Of a stretch of 62,406 bases of DNA, positions 18,468 through 28,046 are shown piece by piece. Source of the stretch: Promethearchaeota archaeon (GTDB lineage: Archaea; Asgardarchaeota; Lokiarchaeia; Sigyniarchaeales; SOKP01); the NCBI GenBank assembly GCA_016840085.1, contig JAEOTA010000034.1:1-62406 (forward strand). The letters are read 5' to 3'. The stretch's first letter is position 1, and each line of letters opens with the position of its first letter. Below the pieces are notes generated by a model that searched no databases, was not told the DNA's origin, and saw only the letters and a list, made by a program, of their open reading frames with translations. A program made the translations under genes and the position numbers.

Positions 18468-19799
18468 TTAATAGACTTTCCTTCCGATTAGATCGTACAT
18501 ACTTAATAGCATAGGCTTATCCGAAATGTTCGAATTAACGATCAATATAGGACCTAAGGCACATAAAATTTCATATATCTCTAACTCTTTAGCCAACGCT
18601 TTAAAGTTGATAAAAGATATATTTCCAAATGTCTTAGTAATATCAAAAAAAGTCAGACCAGCCTTATGCTCTATCGCGTTTCTCGAAAACTCTGCGATTT
18701 CTTTTATATCCAACATTTCTTTAAAATTATCTTCGAAAGCATGCCTTAAATCAAATGATAATGGCGTAAAATACTTGTAAAGTTCGATAAACTGTAGGAT
18801 TTCAATATCAATCTCTTTTAAAATTCCTTTCAACAATACCTTTAAAAAAGATAAAGGCTTCTCAAAAAAATTATAAATAAATCGCTTTATTTCAAAATTT
18901 CTATAATATCTTAGAAAATTTATTAAAATCCATTGGCCTAAAGCGTAATTATTTAATGAATTATTAATATTTGAATAAGTAGAGATTAATTTTACTTTAT
19001 ATTCGCCAAAAAACGAGTTATTAATAATATTTTCGGGATTTTTATCATTATTATTAAACTTTTCAATACACGATTCGAGAACCAGAAATATCTTATTTAA
19101 CATCTTTTCTAAAATCTCTATATTCATAATTCTGTTTGAATAACCCAAAATTAAACCTAATAAACTTCCTTCCCATATCATATGGTATTTGAGAGCATCC
19201 AACGATCCGATTATCACCTTTAAAGTCGAATCGCCCACCATTATTAAACCAATCGCGTGATTTTTTAAACATGGATTTGTCCGTTCTGAACCAATTGGAT
19301 ATCCGCACTTTGGCGCAAATAAATCCTCACATATAACCCGCTGTTTAAAGTTTTTGTTTTTAGTAGGGTTAGCAAAATTATTATTATAAACCTCTTTAAG
19401 ACAATTCCAATATCCATAATACACCTTAGAAAAACACCTTGAACACAATAATACAGGTAAAAAATCAATTGAACATTTAAGATTATCTAAAATTTTGCCG
19501 CAATACGAGCATTCTCTCTCCATAGAAAATTTCATGTTTATTTTGCCAAAAAATAAGGATAACTGCGACTCATAGCCTTCCGATTTTATATCAATATAAG
19601 GATACCATCTTCCTAATAAAGGGCGAAATATAAAACGCTTTATAACTTTTGTTGGATAAAGTAGGGTTAAAATGTTCTTAGTGCAATCGTCTGATATTTC
19701 CTGAATTATTTCTTTTAAACCTCCTCCTATCGCCTTATCGTCTGATGTATTAAAATCTAAAATCATTGAGATATTTACCTTAAAACTTTTTTTATGCAA
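18468..19799 (-). CDS. Cys-rich DUF2797-like protein heading the cas1 operon
   Basis: RECSYCG...CSRC...C...C...C...CLKNHAIGLIMVGDSTLKVIIG...WEG and C-terminal LGPILIV...LIGRKVY resemble the DUF2797 pattern (C..H.vYLa...lKVG.t...dQGA and G.yLi...G..v). Ends 32 nt before cas1. Confidence 0.6.
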   Translation of the reverse strand: MHKKSFKVNISMILDFNTSDDKAIGGGLKEIIQEISDDCTKNILTLLYPTKVIKRFIFRPLLGRWYPYIDIKSEGYESQLSLFFGKINMKFSMERECSYCGKILDNLKCSIDFLPVLLCSRCFSKVYYGYWNCLKEVYNNNFANPTKNKNFKQRVICEDLFAPKCGYPIGSERTNPCLKNHAIGLIMVGDSTLKVIIGSLDALKYHMIWEGSLLGLILGYSNRIMNIEILEKMLNKIFLVLESCIEKFNNNDKNPENIINNSFFGEYKVKLISTYSNINNSLNNYALGQWILINFLRYYRNFEIKRFIYNFFEKPLSFLKVLLKGILKEIDIEILQFIELYKYFTPLSFDLRHAFEDNFKEMLDIKEIAEFSRNAIEHKAGLTFFDITKTFGNISFINFKALAKELEIYEILCALGPILIVNSNISDKPMLLSMYDLIGRKVY

Positions 19800-20599
19800 A
19801 AAATTATCTCTAAGTGAGCGGATTTGGGATATATGGCCCTTTAATATATTTTAAAAAAATATTCTGATTAAATTTTCGCTCGGATGTAGCTTAAATCTTA
19901 TCGCCTTATTTTAGTATTAATTTACACTGTTCTTTTTCTGGAATTTTGTCTCAAAAGAAATTTTTTGCAATTAGATATTAACATATTGATATAAAGAAAT
20001 TATACCATTAATATATATTTTTGATTCTTCTATTAATAATACTATTCATTAAAAATTCAAAATATTTACATTTTAATTCGACTAAAATTTTTCTTAAGAC
20101 TAATTCTAAACGCTTATCCTACGCATAATAATAGTTTGTCTGTAAAAAGCGATGTTAAAAAGACAATTATAACGTTAAAATTGATATAAACTTTTTTTTT
20201 CTCATTTCCTTAAACCTTTAAGCTCTCAAGTTTTTAACAAAATTTATTGATCTAAAATCTCGGCAAAAATATATTTAAACTATTTAAATAATTTCGAGCA
20301 TTGATCCAAATTTTTTACATTTTTATAGAAGAGAATTTTTTTAATAAATTAAATTTCTACAAACATCTTTTTTTTCAAGAAAAAGTTAATTTGATCACAT
20401 GAAATTGTTGGATTTTTAAGGTCTTTCGATTAAGTGGGTATCTTAAAAAAAATTAGAAAATATTTAATTTAATCAAAATTAGACTACTTCATCGTTAAAT
20501 ACGGAAAAATAAAAAAGTTTTTTAGCGTTTTCCTCGAACCAAATTTCGTCGAGCTTCTTTTTAAATAAATTGCAAATTGTTTGATGCTCGATTAATGAT

Positions 20600-20805
20600 C
20601 GTAGAAAATAACTTTTTTGTTATTAAAGTTTGAAAGAAATAAATCAAAAAGAGAGAATATTCCTATAAAAATAAAGCAGATTTTTTGATAAAACAATAAT
20701 TTTGGAAAAAAATATTGAAAATTTTTTATTTTAATATGAAATTTTTATTAAGTTAACAAAAATTAAATATACTTTTTTTTCATATTATATTATATAGTAA
20801 CTAGA
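20600..20805 (+). promoter_or_regulatory. CRISPR leader (AT-rich), boundaries approximate
   Basis: Non-coding, extremely AT-rich stretch directly before the first repeat, on the side facing the cas genes. TATA-like runs near 20760-20800. Confidence 0.6.
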
Positions 20806-21739
20806 GTCGCATAGAAAATAGCTTCAAATAGAAGATTGAAATTATGTGCATTTTGCAATATGAGAGATTTCTACATCAAGTCGCATAGAAAATAGCTTCA
20901 AATAGAAGATTGAAATTATATATTAACGCTTAAACATCCGATACAAATAATTAAAGTCGCATAGAAAATAGCTTCAAATAGAAGATTGAAATTACTGAAT
21001 TTTAATTGAGTCATTTAGAAATATCTCCAAGTCGCATAGAAAATAGCTTCAAATAGAAGATTGAAATTTGCGTATTCACCCGGCAGTACTATCATTAATT
21101 CGTTGTCGCATAGAAAATAGCTTCAAATAGAAGATTGAAATCAACCATTCACACCGTTAATGGTTTGAAACCATATCAGCGTCGCATAGAAAATAGCTTC
21201 AAATAGAAGATTGAAATATAAAATAAAGGTGATATATAAAAAATGCCTGAAGGGTCGCATAGAAAATAGCTTCAAATAGAAGATTGAAATTCCGCCTTAA
21301 GTAAATCTGAAGCAATATCTTTCCATAGTCGCATAGAAAATAGCTTCAAATAGAAGATTGAAATACAAAAGATGTAACACTCACAACAGGAGCAACTGGA
21401 CTGTCGCATAGAAAATAGCTTCAAATAGAAGATTGAAATGACTTTAAGAAAACAGCTAAATATATCAAACAGAGAAGGTCGCATAGAAAATAGCTTCAAA
21501 TAGAAGATTGAAATAACTGAAATTCATCACTTTCACGACAAGCAAATCGAGTCGCATAGAAAATAGCTTCAAATAGAAGATTGAAATTCAGATATCATAC
21601 AATCATTACCAATTGTAATTGGGTCGCATAGAAAATAGCTTCAAATAGAAGATTGAAATTAAAATGACTCGCTTTATAGCATTTGAAGGACGTGGTACAT
21701 TAGTCGCATAGAAAATAGCTTCAAATAGAAGATTGAAAT
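20806..21739 (+). CRISPR. CRISPR array: 13 identical 37-nt repeats GTCGCATAGAAAATAGCTTCAAATAGAAGATTGAAAT, 12 spacers of 35-43 nt
   Basis: Repeats start at 20806, 20880, 20956, 21031, 21105, 21181, 21254, 21328, 21403, 21478, 21551, 21623 and 21703. The CTTC-aaata-GAAG hairpin directly before the 8-nt handle ATTGAAAT gives + orientation. Confidence 0.99.
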
Positions 21740-22125
21740 TTATTCAGTCAAATAAAAGAACTAATAGGAGGTTAGGCAGAGAAATGAACAAATATTTCGC
21801 TCCACTCTTCAGAAGTTATAAATCCGTAGCCCTTTCGGCTATTAAACCATTTTACTGTTCCTTTTACCAATTTTAAGACCGATTTTTGAAATATTGAAAA
21901 AAGATAATTCAATTCAAAAAGAATTAATTCTAAAAAGGACGCAAGGATAAAAAATGTAAAAATCTTCTTTTACGATTATTACCGTTATAATTTTGATAAA
22001 CAAATCTGAGACTAAATAATAAATCTTTTTTAAGACTTCAAGCCATTTTTCGTTATCATTTTTTAATTTTTTATAAAGATCTCTTCTTCCATTAATATGA
22101 TCCATATGAATTTCAAATTTAACAG

Positions 22126-22566
22126 GTGGTTTATCGGAATCTTTTTTTCCCTTTAATAGATGCCATATCTCTTGTTTTTATTTTAAATAAGGTTAAACCT
22201 ATTGACATCTCTCGTTTGGTGGTTTCTTACGGTCAATGTTTTTATTTTATCATATTCATCTTATATTTTGGGAATCAAATCATTATCTGGGTTATACTAT
22301 CTTTTACATCCTGGATATTGATTCAAAGAATGGTTATATTCCCAATTTTATTTCTTTCTTTGTATTGGAGAGCAAAATTGGCAAAAGAAATGATAGAACA
22401 GGATATTTTAGAAAAATATCATAGTGGAGATATTAAAGAAAAAAGTTATTATCTTAATTTATATTCCTTAGTGAAATCCGAAAGGTTAACAAAAATGGGA
22501 TTAATTTCTAAATTGATAACAGGTATTACTTTTCTCTTTACTTTTATACCAATTTTAATTCTATAG
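22126..22566 (+). CDS. hypothetical membrane protein (possibly a fragment)
   Basis: Several hydrophobic segments, no recognised family. Confidence 0.4.
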   Translation: MVYRNLFFPLIDAISLVFILNKVKPIDISRLVVSYGQCFYFIIFILYFGNQIIIWVILSFTSWILIQRMVIFPILFLSLYWRAKLAKEMIEQDILEKYHSGDIKEKSYYLNLYSLVKSERLTKMGLISKLITGITFLFTFIPILIL

Positions 22567-22903
22567 ATTTACCTTATATGAATAATCTACTGAAGAATTT
22601 AATGATTTAAAACCAACTCTTAATATTCTATTTATGGAATAAAGGAATTGGGATAATGATGAGTAAAAATAATTAGTTTCTACAAGATCTAAAGATTTGA
22701 AAAAGATATTATATGTTTGAAAAATAATATACTCCATTTAAAGAATATATCGAAGACAAATTAAATAAAAAAGGAGGGATAATAAAGGAGAAGGCAATTA
22801 ACTTAAAAATAATAATTTAAAGGAAAATTCAAATAAGTTAAGTGTATACTTTTAATAGATCAGGCATTAGAATAAAAGATAACAGCAATTTTTTTTAAAT
22901 TCT

Positions 22904-23845
22904 TTAAAGGATTCTTTGTCTATTCACATTTTTTAAATCTGGATTCGTTTTTATCATTTTTTTCAGGTTTCCTATATGTCCGGTCTTAAAGAAAATGAAC
23001 CGAAACGAATTCATTATAGCCTTATAATTATACTCTTCTACATCTCTTATGGACTTTTCATTATAATAAATAGGGTAAAAATTATTTTTAATATTTAATA
23101 GCTTTTTAAATCGTTTCATTTGAATATTATCATCATAAAAAACAAGGCATAATTTAGGAGAAAGAGGAAAGTATAATAAATTATCATCATAGTCATATTT
23201 GAATTCTTGTTTTCTTTTAGGTTCAACAACAAAGACTGGATTATCTGATAAGTAAAATTCCAAGTGTATATCTGAATTTTCAATACTCATTAATAATAAA
23301 TTAAATTTTTCAAATCTTACCATAAATGAATCTCTAAAATCAATGAATGTCTTCTTAGAATCAGTATTGTTGATCATCGGATACCTTGGATCCATTGTAA
23401 TAGCTGAATTTTGAAATATATTTGCTAATTCCTCAGCTTCTTCATCGCTTGTATTAAATCTTTTTTTGATAAAAATTTTATATTCATTTCGCATATAGCG
23501 TGTACGAATTATTTGATAAAAGGCAAATTCCTTAATTACAGCAATTTGCTCCTTATTAATATCTTGAAGTGATTTATTCTCTGTAATTTTATTAATGATT
23601 TTGGAAGATTGCATATCAATTTTTTTAAGAAATTGTTCTGTATTTTTTGGATCCGTTTTATCATAGAAATTTTTTTCTACACAAAATCCTTTAGTAGAGC
23701 CTTCAACTTGTTTGGAAGTTTTTAAATCAAATCCTCTAATCTTATAAAGATCTGGCTTAATTTCTCTTCCAAATTTATTTAATAAAAATTTAGGCACATA
23801 ATGTTGATGTATGTATTTTCCTTGAGTATTTTCGATTGTTATCAT
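22904..23845 (-). CDS. DUF4238 domain protein
   Basis: N-terminal HQHYVPKFLL..F, NFY, E..L..ID, Q..RT, FYLSDNPV and FPLSPKLCL. Confidence 0.82.
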   Translation of the reverse strand: MITIENTQGKYIHQHYVPKFLLNKFGREIKPDLYKIRGFDLKTSKQVEGSTKGFCVEKNFYDKTDPKNTEQFLKKIDMQSSKIINKITENKSLQDINKEQIAVIKEFAFYQIIRTRYMRNEYKIFIKKRFNTSDEEAEELANIFQNSAITMDPRYPMINNTDSKKTFIDFRDSFMVRFEKFNLLLMSIENSDIHLEFYLSDNPVFVVEPKRKQEFKYDYDDNLLYFPLSPKLCLVFYDDNIQMKRFKKLLNIKNNFYPIYYNEKSIRDVEEYNYKAIMNSFRFIFFKTGHIGNLKKMIKTNPDLKNVNRQRIL

Positions 23846-24122
23846 ATTATTAAATTGATTTTTTTAATTGATAGATAGATTTTTTTTGCTAATTTTTTCC
23901 TTTAAATACTTAAATAATTCATATGGATCTTCATTATCTGTAAAATTTTTAAATTTATTAAGAATAAAAAATTTGAATGATTCTTTTTTAATTATTTTAG
24001 TGATCTTTTTATTTAATATATTAACAGAAACCCCAATAGTAACCAAGTATTAACTGCATAGGATTATTCTGGAATTTCACTTTGTTGATATAATCCTCAT
24101 GAATTGAGGTTTATAGTATATT

Positions 24123-24323
24123 TTATAGTTTTTCAAAAATTTCACTTCCTCTTCCAAGAATAATATTTGTTTTAGGATTTCTTGCGATTTGAACATCATG
24201 TCCACAATCTGGACAATTATAAAGACCAATCTTTTTCCAAGGAACGGTCTTCGCTCCACCATGCTTGAACTTATGTCCACATTTCTCGCAATACATGTCC
24301 CAATCATTATCATTATTCTCCAT
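24123..24323 (-). CDS. small Zn-ribbon protein
   Basis: CEKCG...CPDCG, preceded by a GGTGAG RBS-like sequence. Confidence 0.6.
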   Translation of the reverse strand: MENNDNDWDMYCEKCGHKFKHGGAKTVPWKKIGLYNCPDCGHDVQIARNPKTNIILGRGSEIFEKL

Positions 24324-25308
24324 AATCTCACCATGAGCTAAGTTAATAATTAAAAAATTTCTTATTCAAAAGTAAATATTTGATTCATATATGAAAATTA
24401 AGATATAAAAATTTTTGTAAGATTACCCCAATACCAATTTACGAAATTTAATTTTATAAATCTAATATTTCTTATTAAAAGATTAATAATTTCAAGAATT
24501 GTATGTTTAATTTCTTCTAATTCGAGGAAATATTATAATTTTTTGATAAAAATCAAGTTAAGTCTCATTTAATCTATCCGTAAAATAAAAAAAAGAATTA
24601 AAAAAAAAGGTTTATCTAAATGGAATTTTCTCGATTCCGCTATGTAATGAATTGTATAAAATCATATCTTTTTCATTTATAATAGTAATTTCCTCAAATT
24701 TTGGACAATGAATCTCAAGTCAAATATAGTCTATTAATCCAAAATGAGCATGACAATAAGAATTTAGGAGTTATAAGTGAAAAATCTTAATACTTATAAT
24801 CAAGATCTTTTTTTGAGGAGCATCTTTACTCTCTTTAAGGACAAATTTATGTTCTTTATTTGATTGCCTTTCTGAAAATAAATGTTTTAATTTTTCTTCA
24901 GTTATCGATAAATCTTGGCTTATTTTGACTCTGAAGTTTATAAAGATAAAATATGGGATTTTATCTATCTCTAAATTGAAGATAGTGATGTTTAGACTCA
25001 CCTATTGATAAAAGATCAAATTCAACAATTAATTCTACTAATTTTATATGAGATAAATTTCTTAATTTATTTTTAGGATTTCGTGATTTTTTCCCCATCA
25101 ATTCTTTCTAACATTTGATTTAATTTATCTCTGGAAAGATTCTTATTATTTATAATCCCAATTAAATATTCCTCTGGTACTAAACTTAGAAAGAATCTTA
25201 TTTGTCTAATTGTCTCTGATTCCATTGTATTTTTTTCCTTATTAAACAGAATTCTATCAAAAGTTAATTTTATTCTTCTAAATTTAATTAATATTTCCAT
25301 TTTTTTTA

Positions 25309-25638
25309 TTAATTTCCACAGACGGGACAATTTCCTGTATAGTCCTCAGGTTTATCGGGATGATTTCTATTATCAAGATAATTTCGGTGCTCATGCCATA
25401 ATTTACATTCTTTTTTATATGCATCAATAGCGGTATCACAGTGACAATATTGGTAATATCGGTATTCATTTTCTCCATGACTTATTCTCGATCTTAGATC
25501 ATTATCAGATCTTCCTATATATCTTGGATGTCCATCTATACTTCTATAATAAATATAAACTCCTGGACTATTCATAATAGCATTATCATTTCTTAATTCT
25601 CTCATAGGTCTTATACGACCTAATCTTCCGCATACCAT
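25309..25638 (-). CDS. stand-alone small GIY-YIG nuclease
   Basis: PGVYIYY...YIGRSDNDLRSR..H...A...E..L...N. C-terminal CPVC. GGTGA RBS upstream. Confidence 0.78.
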   Translation of the reverse strand: MVCGRLGRIRPMRELRNDNAIMNSPGVYIYYRSIDGHPRYIGRSDNDLRSRISHGENEYRYYQYCHCDTAIDAYKKECKLWHEHRNYLDNRNHPDKPEDYTGNCPVCGN

Positions 25639-25999
25639 TTTTATTTTTCACCTTTTTTAAGTTTAAAACATAAGTCAAGGAAGATTTATTTAAATTTATA
25701 TATAATCATTATCTTTCTCAAAAATTATCTATATAAAAGTTCAACCAAGTAAAATTATTGTCTTTTTTTGACTATTGAACTCTATAATTAAGTATATGGA
25801 GATTAAAATGTAATTTTTATTATATTTTATTCTATAAGAATGCTAATAGATAATTTCAAGATATGTTTTAAGGAAATAAAAGAAAAAATTAGATACCTCA
25901 AATCTAAAGGCTTAATCAAGCTTAAATTTAATGATTTTAAAAGAGATCTTTTTTATGTTTTAATATTTAAGAATTTAATTTTTTATTTAAAATCTTTTG

Positions 26000-26278
26000 C
26001 TATAAATATTTATGTGTATTGAGATCTAATGTTAATGTTTCATTATCTTTTTTATAATTATCAATAAACCATATATCAGCAAATTCAACCTTAAGCCTAG
26101 TTTTATCTTCAATCTTTAAAGTTAAATGTTCTTTTATTTCGTAATTACTACGGATTATTTTTATCTCGGTTATTTTTTCTTTATCTTTATCATACATTAA
26201 AACATTAAATGTTCCATTAGATTTGTTTTCTTCAAGAATTATAATTATTTTTTCTTTGGTTATTTCAATTCCCGACAT
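26000..26278 (-). CDS. hypothetical protein
   Basis: 92-aa ORF starting 12 nt after the 26291-27379 gene, with GGAG upstream. Confidence 0.5.
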   Translation of the reverse strand: MSGIEITKEKIIIILEENKSNGTFNVLMYDKDKEKITEIKIIRSNYEIKEHLTLKIEDKTRLKVEFADIWFIDNYKKDNETLTLDLNTHKYL

Positions 26279-26290
26279 TTAATTTTCTCC

Positions 26291-27379
26291 TTATTTTTTC
26301 ATTTCTTTCTTATATTTCTCCCTATAATATAAGTAACTTCTTTCTGTTTTTTTGTGGATGAAAAATGGTGCAGGTACCCATCCTGCTCTATTATTATTAT
26401 TTGCATGTAAAACTAAAAGTGCTAAGTTGGTCATTGGAATTTTAATATTACTCGCCTCTTCTAAAGGGACATCATCAGATAAAATTCGTTTAAATTTCTC
26501 ATAATTCCATGTTTTCTTTGGAAAATATTCACTGGTCATATACTCAGGACTATCAAGATTATCAAAGTTCTTCTCATCAGTTCCATAATTTTTACTTCTT
26601 TCCAGATAATTTTCGTCTCTTATTAATCTAATTGAATCAAGAGTTAATGTTAATAATAATTGAGCATCTGTAATTTTTACTTCAATTTCATCAAGATGAG
26701 TATATTTTGTATCAAAATAAAATATATCTCCAATATCTAAATCATCAAAAAATGAAGTTAGTCCATTCCAGCTATAAGTAATGCGCGTGAGTTTTTTCTT
26801 TAGTGATTCTTGTATAATTTTATCCAAGACAACATAATTTGACTGACTTGTTTTAAAGTACAATAATTTATATAAATCAATAGAGTTATTTGGATGATCT
26901 CTATTCCAATTATAAATTTTCATAATTATTTCAGGTTCTATTTCACAAGAAATTAAGACTCCTTTAGCACTTTGGTAAATATCTTCTAAGTCTTCTTGAT
27001 TTTCTACTCCACCAAACTTTTTTATAAATTCTATTACTTTCTCTTTATAAGGATTAGTTTCGGTTAATCCGTCTAAATATTCTTTAAGCTGATAAAAATC
27101 ATTTTCTATAGCGCTTAATTTTAATTCAATAAGTTTTAAGATTAAGTTTGATTCACTATCAGAAGTTAATGCCATTAGATCTACAATTCCTTTAGATCCT
27201 CTTCCTTTAATTGTAGGAAATTGTCGAATTATGGCAGGGAGTTCAGAATTCTCAATTTCTTCACCTATAACTCCTATTATTCTTGGATTATTGAAAAGAA
27301 AGGATTCCATTTGATGCTCACTATTAAAACTAGTTGCTTCAGTTAATCTTTCTATAGAATAACTAAATAATTCTGACAT
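26291..27379 (-). CDS. PD-(D/E)XK nuclease (NucS/EndoMS-C-like N-terminal domain) plus uncharacterised C-terminal domain
   Basis: SEHQMESFLFNNP, RQFPT, GIVDLMAL, LIELK, QL..Y. Confidence 0.7.
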   Translation of the reverse strand: MSELFSYSIERLTEATSFNSEHQMESFLFNNPRIIGVIGEEIENSELPAIIRQFPTIKGRGSKGIVDLMALTSDSESNLILKLIELKLSAIENDFYQLKEYLDGLTETNPYKEKVIEFIKKFGGVENQEDLEDIYQSAKGVLISCEIEPEIIMKIYNWNRDHPNNSIDLYKLLYFKTSQSNYVVLDKIIQESLKKKLTRITYSWNGLTSFFDDLDIGDIFYFDTKYTHLDEIEVKITDAQLLLTLTLDSIRLIRDENYLERSKNYGTDEKNFDNLDSPEYMTSEYFPKKTWNYEKFKRILSDDVPLEEASNIKIPMTNLALLVLHANNNNRAGWVPAPFFIHKKTERSYLYYREKYKKEMKK

Positions 27380-27661
27380 TGCTAAAGCCTTTTTTGTATA
27401 AGATTAATAAAGATTTTGATCTTTACTGAAACCAATGAGTCTCTATATTTAAAGTCTATGCTTTAGAATTCAAATTTTAAAGATGATTTTGATTCTTTTT
27501 ACGATGATTCCTAAAACTAAAGCATACACAGAAACAACATATATCCATTACTACAACATGATCTTCAAGAGTAGAATTCTCAATAGAGACATATTGGCTC
27601 ACTTCACTTTCCGTTAAAGCCTTATCGATTCCTTCTTGAGCTTTTCGCGAAGTTAAGCCAC

Positions 27662-27973
27662 TTGATCCATCTTCAACACCAAAAAGTTCGTGATAATAAT
27701 TATCAAAATTTAATTGATAACATTTTAGATGTTATTATTAAAGTAGACAATAAGTGGAGATTTACATATATCAATCCTCAAATACAAGAGATTTTCGGAT
27801 TTCGTCCTTCAGAATTTCTTGGAAAAAATATCTCTAAATTGATTCATCCCGATGATTTTATTTATATATGTATAGTAGCGATTGCTGATGCAGTAACCAT
27901 TATGGATGCCATCGGGGATGGCAATGCCATACACCATTGGGAATGGCAGGACTATATACGATATGTGGGATAA
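27662..27973 (+). pseudogene. PAS domain fragment joined to unrelated sequence
   Basis: YQNLIDN..DVI...D....FTYINP....IFGF.P.E.LGK....IHPDD followed by an abrupt change of character. Confidence 0.7.
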
Positions 27974-28046
27974 TTGAATTAACATAGACTTAAAAAGGAG
28001 TAATCTATTAATAATTAAAGTAAAAAAATAATTTTGAGATGTCTTT

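Noticed and set aside
21272-21499. 75-aa ORF
   Set aside because: It is the antisense translation of CRISPR repeats and spacers (repeated ISIFYLKLFSMR).
20843-21702. Self-targeting spacers
   Set aside because: Only 10-11 nt matches were noticed (e.g. ACACCGTTAAT near 37402), as expected by chance. The comparison was by eye and limited to this window.
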